Positions 19,477 to 28,562 are shown, counted from the first letter of the stretch. The stretch: 64,000 nt of DNA from Acidimicrobiales bacterium (GCA_965200005.1 OZ241331.1:641054-705053), one strand, 5' to 3'. Made by a program: numbers and translations. Notes: generated from the letters alone by a model not told the origin.

Positions 19477-19916
19477 GAATGTTCATCCCAGTCGTCGTCA
19501 CTTCGAAGCCCGTGACCTCTGGCGTTGCCGGTGCCAACCGTCCACCGGTGTGCGGTGATCCGGCTAGCGAAACGTCGGATCAACAGCGTGCGCACAATGA
19601 TCCGGGTCGGCGGGAAGAGCAACGTAAGGCCCACGGCATCGGTGAGGAATCCGGGCGTAAGCATGAACGCCCCGGCAATCAGGATCAACATGCCGTCGAC
19701 CAACTCGGCGCCTGGCATCTCGCCGGCGGACAGCCGCCTCCGTAGCTGGTTGAGCACGCCGATGCCCGAGCGGCGAACCATCCACGCGCCAACGACCGAC
19801 ACAGCGACCAGCAACAGGATCGTCTGACCCGTGCCTATGCCTCCTGCGACCTGGATGATCACGTATAGCTCGAGCAGCGGCACACAAAGCAGTGCCACGA
19901 ACAGCCAGAAGAACAT
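19473..19916 (-). CDS. fxsA: FxsA-family inner-membrane protein
   Basis: MFFWLFVALLCVPLLELYVIIQVAGGIG is the characteristic FxsA N-terminus. The stop overlaps the downstream start by 4 nt. Start set at the internal ATG. Confidence 0.8.
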   Translation of the reverse strand: MFFWLFVALLCVPLLELYVIIQVAGGIGTGQTILLLVAVSVVGAWMVRRSGIGVLNQLRRRLSAGEMPGAELVDGMLILIAGAFMLTPGFLTDAVGLTLLFPPTRIIVRTLLIRRFASRITAHRWTVGTGNARGHGLRSDDDWDEHS

Positions 19917-20061
19917 CGCCACAAGGTTAGAGCACCGACAGCCCGAGGGTTCCGAAACCACAGAAGCCGCCAAAACCTCAGAAACCTCAGATACAAGTGT
20001 CTGGACTCTCACAGACGCCAGAGTCCGACATCGCAAAAGTCGGACCTAGTCTGAGCGGACT

Positions 20062-21390
20062 GTGAGGCCGGAGCACCGACCACCATCCGTCGACAAGCTG
20101 GCCCGTTCTCTATCTGCTACTGGGCTACCCCACCCGTTACTGGTCGACGCCGCACGAGCGGCGATCGCTGCCGGTGACTTCGACTCAGCGTCCCAGCATG
20201 CTGCTCGCATTCAACGTCGGCTGCTGGCCCCAGTCATCAATGCCACAGGCGTGTTGATTCACACCAATATGGGGCGAGCGCCCGTCGCCTGGAGCCAGCC
20301 GGCGACCTATAGCAACCTCGAGATCGATCTTGAGACCGGAGGGCGTGGCGACCGCCACACCCGTGCAGCAACACTGCTCGCCCGGGCATGTGGCGCAGAG
20401 TCGGCACTTGTGGTGAACAACTGTGCGGCGGCGCTACTGCTGGTGCTGGCAGCCGTTGCCACCAATCGTGACGTCGTGGTCTCGCGCAGCGAGCTTGTTG
20501 AAATCGGTGGCGGGTTCCGGGTGCCTGATGTGATGGCAACCTCGGGCGCTCGTCTCATCGAGGTCGGTACAACCAACCGCACTCGCCGGGCCGACTTTGC
20601 AGCGGCCATAGCAGAACCGTCCGCAGATGTCGCTGCTGTTGTGCAGGTTCACCAGTCCAACTTCCGCATCCTTGGCTACACCGAGGCGCCGCGCACTGCC
20701 GAACTCTCCAGTCTTGGTGTCCCTCTGATCGCCGACATCGGCTCGGGTTTGCTCGACACCCGATGTCCCTGGCTTCGTAGTGGCCCCCCGACATGGCTCG
20801 AAGGGGAGCCTGCGGCTCGCCAGACACTCCGTGACGGTGCCGCGCTAGTGACCTTCTCGGGCGACAAGCTCCTCGGCGGCCCTCAAGCAGGGATCATCGC
20901 GGGCCGCCGTGACCTAGTGAAGAAGTGCCGCCGCCACCCGCTGGCCCGCGCAGTGCGACCCGGTTCGCTTGTGCTCGCGGCGCTCCAGCAGGCAGCCCTC
21001 GCCTACCTGCGCAACGACGGTATGGCCATCGAGTTCTGGCGCATGGCAACTGCCACACCAGAACAGCTACGAACCCGACTGAGTGCCTATGACGGGCTTG
21101 CGCGTGAGGGGGCTGTGAAAGTCATCGAGACAGTCGCCACACCGGGGGGCGGCACACTGCCCGGAGCCAAGATCCCGTCAGTCGGTGTGGCAATTCAAGG
21201 CGATGTGACAGCGAAGTTGAGGGCACAACAGCGTCCGATAATCGCGCGGGTAGTGGATGATCGCACTGTCTTGGATCTACGCACCATCAACCCCAAAGAT
21301 GACACGGAAGTGGCGGCCGCACTACGTCGCATTTCGGAAGTGCCCAGCCGTGCCATCAACGCGCCCGCCGGCACCACTCCCAGCTCGTGA
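20062..21390 (+). CDS. selA: L-seryl-tRNA(Sec) selenium transferase
   Basis: NATGVLIHTNMGRAP and the PLP-lysine motif FSGDKLLGGPQAGII; length 442 aa. Confidence 0.9.
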   Translation: MRPEHRPPSVDKLARSLSATGLPHPLLVDAARAAIAAGDFDSASQHAARIQRRLLAPVINATGVLIHTNMGRAPVAWSQPATYSNLEIDLETGGRGDRHTRAATLLARACGAESALVVNNCAAALLLVLAAVATNRDVVVSRSELVEIGGGFRVPDVMATSGARLIEVGTTNRTRRADFAAAIAEPSADVAAVVQVHQSNFRILGYTEAPRTAELSSLGVPLIADIGSGLLDTRCPWLRSGPPTWLEGEPAARQTLRDGAALVTFSGDKLLGGPQAGIIAGRRDLVKKCRRHPLARAVRPGSLVLAALQQAALAYLRNDGMAIEFWRMATATPEQLRTRLSAYDGLAREGAVKVIETVATPGGGTLPGAKIPSVGVAIQGDVTAKLRAQQRPIIARVVDDRTVLDLRTINPKDDTEVAAALRRISEVPSRAINAPAGTTPSS

Positions 21391-21426
21391 CCCTGAGCAA
21401 GTTAGCGGCCAGCTAGCGGCATATAC

Positions 21427-23157
21427 ATGCACGTCATTGCCACCGCAGGCCATGTGGATCACGGCAAGAGCACCCTCGTGCGTGCTCTCACAGGAATCGA
21501 TCCCGACCGTCTCGCCGAAGAAAAAGCCCGAGGTCTCACGATTGACCTGGGATTCGCTTCGATGCCGCTGCCGTCAGGACATCGTATCGCCTTCATTGAC
21601 GTACCCGGCCATGTCCGCTTCCTCAAGAACATGCTCGCAGGAGTTAGTGCCGTCGATGCCTGCGTATTTGTGGTCGACACAACTGAGGGCTGGAAGCCAC
21701 AGTCTGAAGAACACCTGAGGATCCTGCAGCTACTTGGTCTAGAACACGGTCTGGTTGCCCTCACCAAGGTAGGCGAGGCCGACGAGGAGCTCATCGAGCT
21801 TGCCCACATGGACGTGGCAGAACACACCGAGGGCACCTTTCTTGCTGATGCCCCCGTGCTGGCTACAGATGCGATCGCTGGAATTGGCATGAACGACCTT
21901 CGCGTCGCTCTCGACGACCTCGCCGGCATCACCCCAACCGCCGAAGATCGCAGACGACCCCGACTGTGGATCGACAGAGCCTTCGCCATTAAAGGATCGG
22001 GCACAGTCGTGACCGGCACGCTCACCGGCGGCCGACTACATGTTGACGACTCGCCCGCAGTTCTCCCAGGTGGCCGCAACGTCAGAGTCCGGGCGCTGCA
22101 GAGCCTTCACGAGCAACTCAGCGAGGTTGGCCCCGGTAACCGTGTCGCCATCAACCTCACAGGCGCAAACCATCGTGAAGTCAGCCGTGGCGACGTGGTT
22201 GTCCATCCCGAGCAATGGCATGCCACAACTGTTCTTGATGCTGAACTCAGCGTGCTCGGGTCGCTCGATCATGCGGTCACCCGCCGAGGTGCCTATGTCG
22301 CCTACATCGGTTCGGGCGAGTATCCCGTCAAACTGCGGGTTCTAGGCGCAGATGCTGTGCGACCGGGTGCGGCCGGCCTGATTCGCCTATATCTACCGCT
22401 GCCTCTGCCGCTCGTTAGTGGCGACAGGTTCATCTTGCGCGAGTCGGGGCGTATGGAGACGGTGGGGGGCGGAGAGGTTCTAGATGTCGATCCGGTGCTG
22501 CCCGCCGCCAAGGCAAGACCCGACCGATCTGTCGACAGGGTGATCGCCGAACGAGGCCGCATCACCACTACGCGCCTAGCAAGGCTGTGCGGTGTTGATC
22601 GGGCTGCTGATGTCGGTGAATGGGTGACCGCGCCCGAGTATCTACAAGACGTGCGCAACCAGCTGATGGCAGCCGTTGACAATGCAGGCCCGCTCGGGCT
22701 TGACATCGCCGGGCTTGACGACTTTGAGCGCGCCGTCATCGAAACCCAGCCAGGCCTCATCATCAACGCTGGGCGCGCCCGTCCAGCAGGTACCCCAGAT
22801 CCACTAGCCAATCACCCCTTTGTGGCGGCTGCCGCAGCAGCGCCCTTCGAGCCACCACCACCGCACGGGGTCAACCGTGAGGAGCTGCGCCTACTCGTTC
22901 AACAAGGCAAGCTCATCGAAAGCAGCGGCATCTACTTTGCTGCGCCCGCTCTTGAACAGGCAGCACAGCACGTGGCTCAACTTCTCGCTAGGAAGCCCTC
23001 GGGAGTCACCGTCGCCGAGTTGCGTGACGCCTGGCAGACGACACGCAAGTACGCCCTTGCGCTGCTAGCTCAACTTGACGGAACCGGCGTCACCCGCCGA
23101 CGTGGCGATGTGCGTATCGCCGGGCCACGCTGCCCTGCGCCTAGTGTCGAGCCTTGA
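21427..23157 (+). CDS. selB: selenocysteine-specific translation elongation factor
   Basis: GTPase G1 AGHVDHGKSTL, DVPGH and TKVGEAD motifs, followed by C-terminal winged-helix-like repeats. It lies directly downstream of selA. Confidence 0.9.
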   Translation: MHVIATAGHVDHGKSTLVRALTGIDPDRLAEEKARGLTIDLGFASMPLPSGHRIAFIDVPGHVRFLKNMLAGVSAVDACVFVVDTTEGWKPQSEEHLRILQLLGLEHGLVALTKVGEADEELIELAHMDVAEHTEGTFLADAPVLATDAIAGIGMNDLRVALDDLAGITPTAEDRRRPRLWIDRAFAIKGSGTVVTGTLTGGRLHVDDSPAVLPGGRNVRVRALQSLHEQLSEVGPGNRVAINLTGANHREVSRGDVVVHPEQWHATTVLDAELSVLGSLDHAVTRRGAYVAYIGSGEYPVKLRVLGADAVRPGAAGLIRLYLPLPLPLVSGDRFILRESGRMETVGGGEVLDVDPVLPAAKARPDRSVDRVIAERGRITTTRLARLCGVDRAADVGEWVTAPEYLQDVRNQLMAAVDNAGPLGLDIAGLDDFERAVIETQPGLIINAGRARPAGTPDPLANHPFVAAAAAAPFEPPPPHGVNREELRLLVQQGKLIESSGIYFAAPALEQAAQHVAQLLARKPSGVTVAELRDAWQTTRKYALALLAQLDGTGVTRRRGDVRIAGPRCPAPSVEP

Positions 23158-23419
23158 GCCGAGTCTTCCGCAGTATCTCTCGGCGTTCAATCTCGTTCTT
23201 GCCGCCCCAGATTCCATGCTGTTCACGGATCTTGAGGGCATAGTCCAGGCACGGCTGCTGCACCATGCAGGTCTCGCAGATCTCTTTTGCTCTCACTTCA
23301 CGCTGCCGTTTGTCGGCGCGTTTCTCGACGTACGGGGGCGGAAAAAAGACCGCCCTTTGCGGTCCTTTGCATGCTGCCCGTACCTGCCAATCAACAGCTT
23401 CTGCTAAACCAAGCGCCAT
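23141..23419 (-). CDS. WhiB-family (Wbl) transcriptional regulator
   Basis: Four cysteines in the WhiB pattern (AACKG ... CETCMVQQPC) and the GIWGG turn. Its 3' end overlaps the selB 3' end by 17 nt (convergent). Confidence 0.9.
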   Translation of the reverse strand: MALGLAEAVDWQVRAACKGPQRAVFFPPPYVEKRADKRQREVRAKEICETCMVQQPCLDYALKIREQHGIWGGKNEIERREILRKTRLKARH

Positions 23420-23563
23420 TTAAGTTCCCCTCCGCCGCGGCTTTCGTGCCTAGCACACGATTCGCCAAGTAGCAAAAGCTCACTTCAGAGGGCCTAAACG
23501 GCCCTTGCAACACCGAAGGCAGAAGGCATCTTCACCGATGCGCAACAGAGGTTCGTGTTTTGG

Positions 23564-24835
23564 TTAGCCCTCGTCACCGGCGTCGCTCGCTGGTTCTACG
23601 GTGAGCACCAGTCCCTCTAGCGCGACAACACGGACGGTACCTCCCGCATCCACCGGCGTGGCGCGATGGGTGCGCGCACGCCACGGGGCACCATCGATCT
23701 CCACTACCCCTTCGGGATCGACTGCTTCACGGGCGCTGCCCTCCGCACCGATCATCCAGTCCCTGCCGATAGTGGGTGTGCTGAAGCGTGTTCGCACCAT
23801 GGCTGGCATACCCGCAACCATGCCTGCAAATGTTCCGATGATCCCCACGAGCAGCGTGATCCAAGAGATCAGCAGACCCTCAAAGAGCATGAACGATCCT
23901 GCAACCAAGCAAACGATGGCAATCCCTGTCCAAACCCTGGGCACCCCTACTTGTATGTCCACCGCGAACCCGAAGAACGCCACCACGAGCAGCGCGATGG
24001 CCCAGGTGCGTACCGGCAACGCCGCTAACCCGTAGCACCCGAACAGCAAACACAGCGCACCGACCACGCCGATGATGCCAACACCGGCCGTGTAGAATTC
24101 GAACACTAGCAGGCCAGCACCAATCAGGAACAGCAGGTACGCAAGTGCGGGGCTTGCTGCGGTGTGCATGAACTGGTCGACCAGTGGCAGCTTGGCGAAC
24201 CGAACACTGCTGACAGGCACCCGCACCGGTTCATCGCCAGAGGTGTCAATGTTGCTTTCAAACCCTGGCAACTCAAGCACAAAGAACGGCAAGGTCGGAG
24301 CTTCCCGCGACAAGCCAGCAGCAACAGCCTGCTCCCAGTCGATGTATTGCTCGCTTATGGTGGGAAGAGCATTGACGAAAACCTCAGACAGATCGTCTTC
24401 GGGCAGCACCACCGTGCCCAGTTCTCCGAGCTTTGAGCCCGGCGCGATACCCAGATCTGCAACCACACCTGCGAGTTGCCCTACCGCTCCCGCAGCTGTT
24501 GCACCTGAGGGGCCGATCCACATCGATACCGGGACATCAGCGCTAGCAATGCGTTGAGCGAGTTCACGTATCCGATCGTCGTCAACGAGAGCACGCTCGC
24601 TGTTGACCTGCAACACCATTCCAACCGAGCCGTGGTCTTCGGCTGCGCTGATGGAACGGTCGATGTAGTCGGCGATGATCGGATCGAGATAGCCCGACAC
24701 TTCCACCACATCGACAACGCTGGGGTTATGGCCGTCCGCAGACACATCAGCTGTGAACTGCCCGAAGATCAGCAGCATCAAACCGGCCAACAGAGCCACA
24801 AACCCGATGGCGCGCACGCGCACGCGACGTTTCAC
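23564..24835 (-). CDS. NfeD-family membrane-bound (ClpP-class) serine protease
   Basis: N-terminal ClpP-like domain (VVEVSGYLDPIIADYIDR), central multi-TM region, and C-terminal NfeD OB-domain (VVEIDGAPWRARTH). Start set at a GTG so that it does not overlap the STAS gene. Confidence 0.75.
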   Translation of the reverse strand: MKRRVRVRAIGFVALLAGLMLLIFGQFTADVSADGHNPSVVDVVEVSGYLDPIIADYIDRSISAAEDHGSVGMVLQVNSERALVDDDRIRELAQRIASADVPVSMWIGPSGATAAGAVGQLAGVVADLGIAPGSKLGELGTVVLPEDDLSEVFVNALPTISEQYIDWEQAVAAGLSREAPTLPFFVLELPGFESNIDTSGDEPVRVPVSSVRFAKLPLVDQFMHTAASPALAYLLFLIGAGLLVFEFYTAGVGIIGVVGALCLLFGCYGLAALPVRTWAIALLVVAFFGFAVDIQVGVPRVWTGIAIVCLVAGSFMLFEGLLISWITLLVGIIGTFAGMVAGMPAMVRTRFSTPTIGRDWMIGAEGSAREAVDPEGVVEIDGAPWRARTHRATPVDAGGTVRVVALEGLVLTVEPASDAGDEG

Positions 24836-24896
24836 AACGCTGCTGAGCTCATGCGTCTGACGATTGTGCCGGTGAGACGGGGGCGGCAGCGGTGCG

Positions 24897-25277
24897 CTAG
24901 GCCCGATCGAGTGCTGCAACAGCAGCTTCGAGGGTCTCCTCAACCGGGACGATGCGATCGAAGCCAGTCGTGTGAAGCAGCCGGATGAGGGTTCCGACGT
25001 TGCAGAACACGACCACGCTGCCGTCGTTCTCACGCACCCGCCTGATACCGCCGATCAACGCCCCTAATCCCGCCGAGTCCATGAACGGCACCCGGCAAAG
25101 GTCAACGACGAGGCGTCCGGACGAGGCGTGTTGTGCTAGCGCCTCTCGGAACTGTGCCACCGTGTAGGCGTCAAGTTCACCGGCCGGGCGCAACAGGTAG
25201 TACGGCTTGGCGTCTTTGCTGTCGGCGACGCTTCTGAAGGACTCGATCGCCAGCACCTGTCTAAGGGTAACGACCAT
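24897..25277 (-). CDS. STAS-domain anti-sigma-factor antagonist
   Basis: LLRPAGELDAYTVAQFREAL and VPFMDSAGLGALIGG, the SpoIIAA-like motif with the conserved Ser. Start at the internal ATG (MVVTLRQ). Confidence 0.8.
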   Translation of the reverse strand: MVVTLRQVLAIESFRSVADSKDAKPYYLLRPAGELDAYTVAQFREALAQHASSGRLVVDLCRVPFMDSAGLGALIGGIRRVRENDGSVVVFCNVGTLIRLLHTTGFDRIVPVEETLEAAVAALDRA

Positions 25278-25380
25278 GTCGACGCTGCGGGTGACACGGT
25301 TAAGCGATCGGCCGGCCGCCGTCCTGGCGCGGCCGGGGCGACGCCTGCTTGAACACGGCTCGCTGCGGTGCATCGCTACC

Positions 25381-25767
25381 ATGTGCAAGATGCCAGATGT
25401 GCTGCTTGCAACTGACGCAGACTTCATCGCCGAACAGTGCGAAGCTGCGCTGAGCGGTCACCACAACGTCTACCGGGTTCGCCGGGGCACCGATGTCGTT
25501 GCTGGTATTGGCCAACTCGATCCTGCGCTCGTGCTGCTGGATTTGCAGATTGGCAACATGGGCGGCATGGCGACCTGCATGGCCGTGCGTCAGGAAGAAG
25601 AGATGGGTCGCTTGGGTCGCCGGCCCGTCGTGATGATGCTTGATCGTGAAGCAGATGAGTTCCTGGCTCGTCGCAGTTCAGCCGATGCCTGGATGGTCAA
25701 GCCGATCAGTGCGTTGCGTCTGTCTCGCACGATCCGGCAGGTGCTCGCCGAGGCCGATAACATCTGA
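25381..25767 (+). CDS. stand-alone response-regulator receiver domain protein
   Basis: VLLATDAD, LVLLDLQIGNMGG and WMVKP follow the CheY-like fold pattern. No output domain is present. Confidence 0.7.
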   Translation: MCKMPDVLLATDADFIAEQCEAALSGHHNVYRVRRGTDVVAGIGQLDPALVLLDLQIGNMGGMATCMAVRQEEEMGRLGRRPVVMMLDREADEFLARRSSADAWMVKPISALRLSRTIRQVLAEADNI

Positions 25768-25777
25768 CATCCCTGCA

Positions 25778-25851
25778 CGGGCAGTGGCGCAGCTTGGTAG
25801 CGCGCCTCGTTCGGGACGAGGAGGTCGTGGGTTCAAATCCCGCCTGCCCGA
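25778..25851 (+). tRNA. tRNA-Pro (anticodon CGG)
   Basis: A manual fold gives a 74-nt cloverleaf. Acceptor CGGGCAG/CTGCCCG, D-stem GCGC/GCGC, anticodon stem CCTCG/CGAGG with loop TTCGGGA, variable loop AGGTC, T-arm GTGGG-TTCAAAT-CCCGC, discriminator A. Confidence 0.92.
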
Positions 25852-26016
25852 CAAGGTCAACCTCATTTGAAGATCACACCCCGCCGTGGGGATTTTGGGA
25901 TTTGAGATTGCTAACTTCAGTGCTTTGGAGTAGGTTCGTGCCATATCGGAGACACCTAGCCATCTCACAGTCCTGCCGGAACAGGAGCGCACTATTCTCT
26001 CCGCCCCTGCGCATGG

Positions 26017-26133
26017 TCAACAAGATGCTGCGTTTGGAGTGACGCTCACAGACAGCCCTTGTGACGTCCCCCGTCTGCCGCTAGTGCCCCCAGTTGATTA
26101 CGACTCTGAGGGGTATCCCTGCGGGGACGGCGA
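26017..26133. repeat. 117-nt near-identical repeat, copy 1 (Uma2 gene 5' end plus 22 nt upstream)
   Basis: Differs from 26745..26861 at only 2 positions, whereas the remainder of the two Uma2 genes is visibly much more diverged. Confidence 0.9.
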
Positions 26134-26770
26134 ACCGATGACTGATGAGCAGATTGGGCAGATGTTCTACGCCCTCGGGGCATTGCGAATGCACTACCGG
26201 CACCAGCCAGAAGTGCATGTAACAGCAGATTTATTCATTAACTATCGCAAAGGCGACCGAGCAGCTGCGGTGGCGCCTGACATTCTTGTTGCCTTCGGCG
26301 CACGACCGATAAGGAACAGAACCTCGTACAAGGTATGGGAGGACCCAGTACCAGCATTCGTGATGGAGGTGCTCTCGAAGAAGACCAGAGATCGCGACAT
26401 GACCGTCAAAGTCCGCATCTATGAGTGGATGGGAGCGGATGAGTATTGGATATACGACCCCGAGAGTCGTTGGATCCCTGAGCACATATTGGCGTACAGG
26501 CTCACTCCCGACGGTGACTACGAGCCGATTGATCCGGTCTCGCCTGGCATCTATCGCAGCGACGTGCTGAGCCTCGAGATCCGCTGCGACAACGACATAG
26601 ACCTTCGATTTCATGATCCGTCAACAGGGCTTGACTTACCCACTCTCGCCGAAGTCACAGACGCCCGAGCCGAAGCCGAAGAACGAGCAGCCAAAGCTGA
26701 AGCTGCGCTAGCAGCCCTTGAGGCACAAATCCGAGATCAAACCCTCAACAAGATGCTGCGTTTGGAGTGA
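26039..26770 (+). CDS. Uma2-family (DUF820) putative endonuclease, copy 1
   Basis: PDILVAFGARP, FVMEVLSKKTRDRDMTVKVRIYEWMGADEYWIYDP (PD-(D/E)xK-like core), and a C-terminal Ala/Glu coiled-coil tail. Confidence 0.8.
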   Translation: MTLTDSPCDVPRLPLVPPVDYDSEGYPCGDGEPMTDEQIGQMFYALGALRMHYRHQPEVHVTADLFINYRKGDRAAAVAPDILVAFGARPIRNRTSYKVWEDPVPAFVMEVLSKKTRDRDMTVKVRIYEWMGADEYWIYDPESRWIPEHILAYRLTPDGDYEPIDPVSPGIYRSDVLSLEIRCDNDIDLRFHDPSTGLDLPTLAEVTDARAEAEERAAKAEAALAALEAQIRDQTLNKMLRLE

Positions 26771-26861
26771 CGCTCACAGACAGCCCTTGTGACGTCCCCC
26801 GTCTGCCGCTGGTGCCCCCAGTTGATTACGACTCTGAGGGGTATCCCTGCGGGGATGGCGA
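26745..26861. repeat. 117-nt near-identical repeat, copy 2
   Basis: See 26017..26133; the period is 728 nt. Confidence 0.9.
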
Positions 26862-27477
26862 GTGCATGGAAAGCCACAGACAGTTCAGACAGGTGCATTA
26901 CGCCGTCGGGGCATTAACCGAGCATTACAGGCATCGGTCGGATGTGTTTGTCACCGGCAACGTGTTCATCAACTACATCAAAGGTGACCGGACTGCGGCG
27001 GTAGGACCTGACACCTTTGTTGCCTTCGGTGCAAGACCGATAAGGGACCGACTCTCCTACAAACTGTGGGAAGACCCCGCGCCCGTATTCGTGATGGAGG
27101 TGCTCTCGAAGAAGACCAAAGACCGGGACATGACCGTCAAGTACCGCATCTATGAGTGGATGGGAGTGAGCGAGTATTGGCTTTACGATGTCGACGGTCG
27201 CTGGATCCCGGAACACTTCGCCCCGTATCGGCTCACGCTTAACGGCAAGTACGAGCCAATATCACCGGTCACTCGAGGCATCTATCGCAGCGACTCGTTG
27301 AGCCTTGAGGTTCGTCACGACAATGGAACCGTCCGATTCCACGACCCGTCAACTGGACTCGACCTACCCACTATCGCCGAGATCACAGACGCCCGAGCCG
27401 CAGCCGAAGAACGAGCAGCCAAAGCTGAAGCTGCCCTAGCAGCCCTCAAAGCCCAACTACGAGACCGAGCTCCCTAG
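26767..27477 (+). CDS. Uma2-family (DUF820) putative endonuclease, copy 2
   Basis: Same motifs as copy 1 (FVMEVLSKKTKDRDMTVKYRIYEWMGVSEYWLYD). Its GTG start overlaps the copy-1 TGA (GTGA). Confidence 0.8.
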   Translation: MTLTDSPCDVPRLPLVPPVDYDSEGYPCGDGECMESHRQFRQVHYAVGALTEHYRHRSDVFVTGNVFINYIKGDRTAAVGPDTFVAFGARPIRDRLSYKLWEDPAPVFVMEVLSKKTKDRDMTVKYRIYEWMGVSEYWLYDVDGRWIPEHFAPYRLTLNGKYEPISPVTRGIYRSDSLSLEVRHDNGTVRFHDPSTGLDLPTIAEITDARAAAEERAAKAEAALAALKAQLRDRAP

Positions 27478-27507
27478 TCCGATCGCAAGTCTCGGGAAGG
27501 CCGCCAG

Positions 27508-28077
27508 TCACGGAGTCGGCGGCACTAGACGCCTTAATTCCGCAACCGACCGACGCAACCCCAATTGAGCAAGACTGTTCAGGACATCAGACGCATCCAT
27601 CGGTGGGCTGCTAAGGGCCGCTGCCTGCACCTGAACTGCGCTTACGACTGTATGTGGTGCCAGATCGATGAGATGGCGAACAAATACATCCGGCGTCTGA
27701 GGCACAATGTTGTACTTTTCTAGCTCACTCGCCGGAAAGTCCTGAATGTTCTCGGTGACCACGACTTGAGAACCAGAGCGGATGGCTACGGCAAGCACAT
27801 GACGGTCGTCGGGGTCCGGCAAGGTGAGACCCTCAATGAGGTCCTCATATCCTGTGATCAGACAGTCACGTACTGCGTGACACATGAGTGTGCATGTCCG
27901 GGCCAGTTTGGTCGGACTTAAGTCTGGACGACGAGCAAGCACTGATCTGACCATCTCGTCCAGAATGCGGTCACTCCAGTGCGCCCTAAACAGGCGAGTC
28001 ATGGCTAGGCGAACAAGCAGGTCGCGTAGCGACGCGGGATGTAGCACGCAGGCGTCATAGGTGACGCTGAACGACAT
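27508..28077 (-). CDS. PIN-domain toxin
   Basis: YDACVLHP at the N-terminus, DDRHVLAVAI and VVTENIQDF acidic motifs of a PIN fold. It lies immediately downstream of an HTH protein. Confidence 0.7.
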   Translation of the reverse strand: MSFSVTYDACVLHPASLRDLLVRLAMTRLFRAHWSDRILDEMVRSVLARRPDLSPTKLARTCTLMCHAVRDCLITGYEDLIEGLTLPDPDDRHVLAVAIRSGSQVVVTENIQDFPASELEKYNIVPQTPDVFVRHLIDLAPHTVVSAVQVQAAALSSPPMDASDVLNSLAQLGLRRSVAELRRLVPPTP

Positions 28078-28091
28078 GCGGGTAGTGGTGC

Positions 28092-28562
28092 CTAATAGAG
28101 ACCGAGCCGCTGAGCCTCAACCGTGAGTTCGTCGGCAATAGCGTTGCGTTTTGCGACATCCTGCCGGTCATACTCGAGCAGGTCAACTAGAAGTACGCGT
28201 CGACGCGTACCCACTTCGCGGTAGGGAATGTCGCCTTGCGCTAGCAGCCTCAGGAGGTATGGGCGCGACACGTTCAAATGGTCCGCCGCCTGCTGTGTTG
28301 TTAACTCCGCGTGTATCGAAGCGACTGTAACGGCATGCCCACACGCGATCCGCTCCAGCAGGTCAACGAGCAACCGAAGCGCATGCCCTGGAATCTCAAC
28401 ACAGGCATCACAATCCGATGCCGTTACCGAAACCGACGCTGCGCCCATCTCGGGCTTCCTCCGAAGAAAGCGCTCAAGTTCTGTCACAGCCTCAGCGGCT
28501 TGACTTGCCGTGGCCTCGTCAGGAACGACAAGGCTGTGATCGAGAACGGCTTGCGGTGACAT
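28092..28562 (-). CDS. excisionase/MerR-type helix-turn-helix antitoxin partner of the PIN protein
   Basis: LTTQQAADHLNVSRPYLLRLLAQGDIPYREVGTRRRV is an HTH_17-like motif. It sits 14 nt upstream of the PIN gene on the same strand. Confidence 0.65.
   Translation of the reverse strand: MSPQAVLDHSLVVPDEATASQAAEAVTELERFLRRKPEMGAASVSVTASDCDACVEIPGHALRLLVDLLERIACGHAVTVASIHAELTTQQAADHLNVSRPYLLRLLAQGDIPYREVGTRRRVLLVDLLEYDRQDVAKRNAIADELTVEAQRLGLY

Noticed and set aside
19973-19990. The 9-nt tandem duplication AAACCTCAG x2 upstream of fxsA.
   Set aside because: It has only two copies in a non-coding spacer and no associated structure, so it is too small to interpret.
19917-20061. Possible tRNA-Sec (selC) in the structured spacer upstream of selA.
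   Set aside because: The hairpins have 9-10 nt loops. There is no TTCA anticodon context on either strand, no T-arm GTTCRANYC motif and no acceptor pairing, so this is not a tRNA.
23141-23157. The 17-nt convergent overlap of the selB and whiB 3' ends as a regulatory antisense arrangement.
   Set aside because: Short convergent overlaps are common in compact GC-rich genomes, and nothing else supports a special role.
24836-25033. N-terminal ORF extensions of NfeD, and similarly of the SBP (45260..45430), dut (59629..59763), orn (59524..59712), ech (7297..7416), fxsA (19917..20036) and the Dpp ATPases.
   Set aside because: The extensions overlap neighbouring genes or lack ribosome-binding sites. 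Internal starts give proteins of canonical length, several with clear SD sequences or 4-nt stop-start overlaps.
25852-26038. An integrase gene or att repeat expected next to the tRNA-Pro gene.
   Set aside because: No recombinase-like ORF was found, and no second copy of the tRNA 3' end was found by eye anywhere in the island. I therefore do not call a defined integrative element, only an accessory island.
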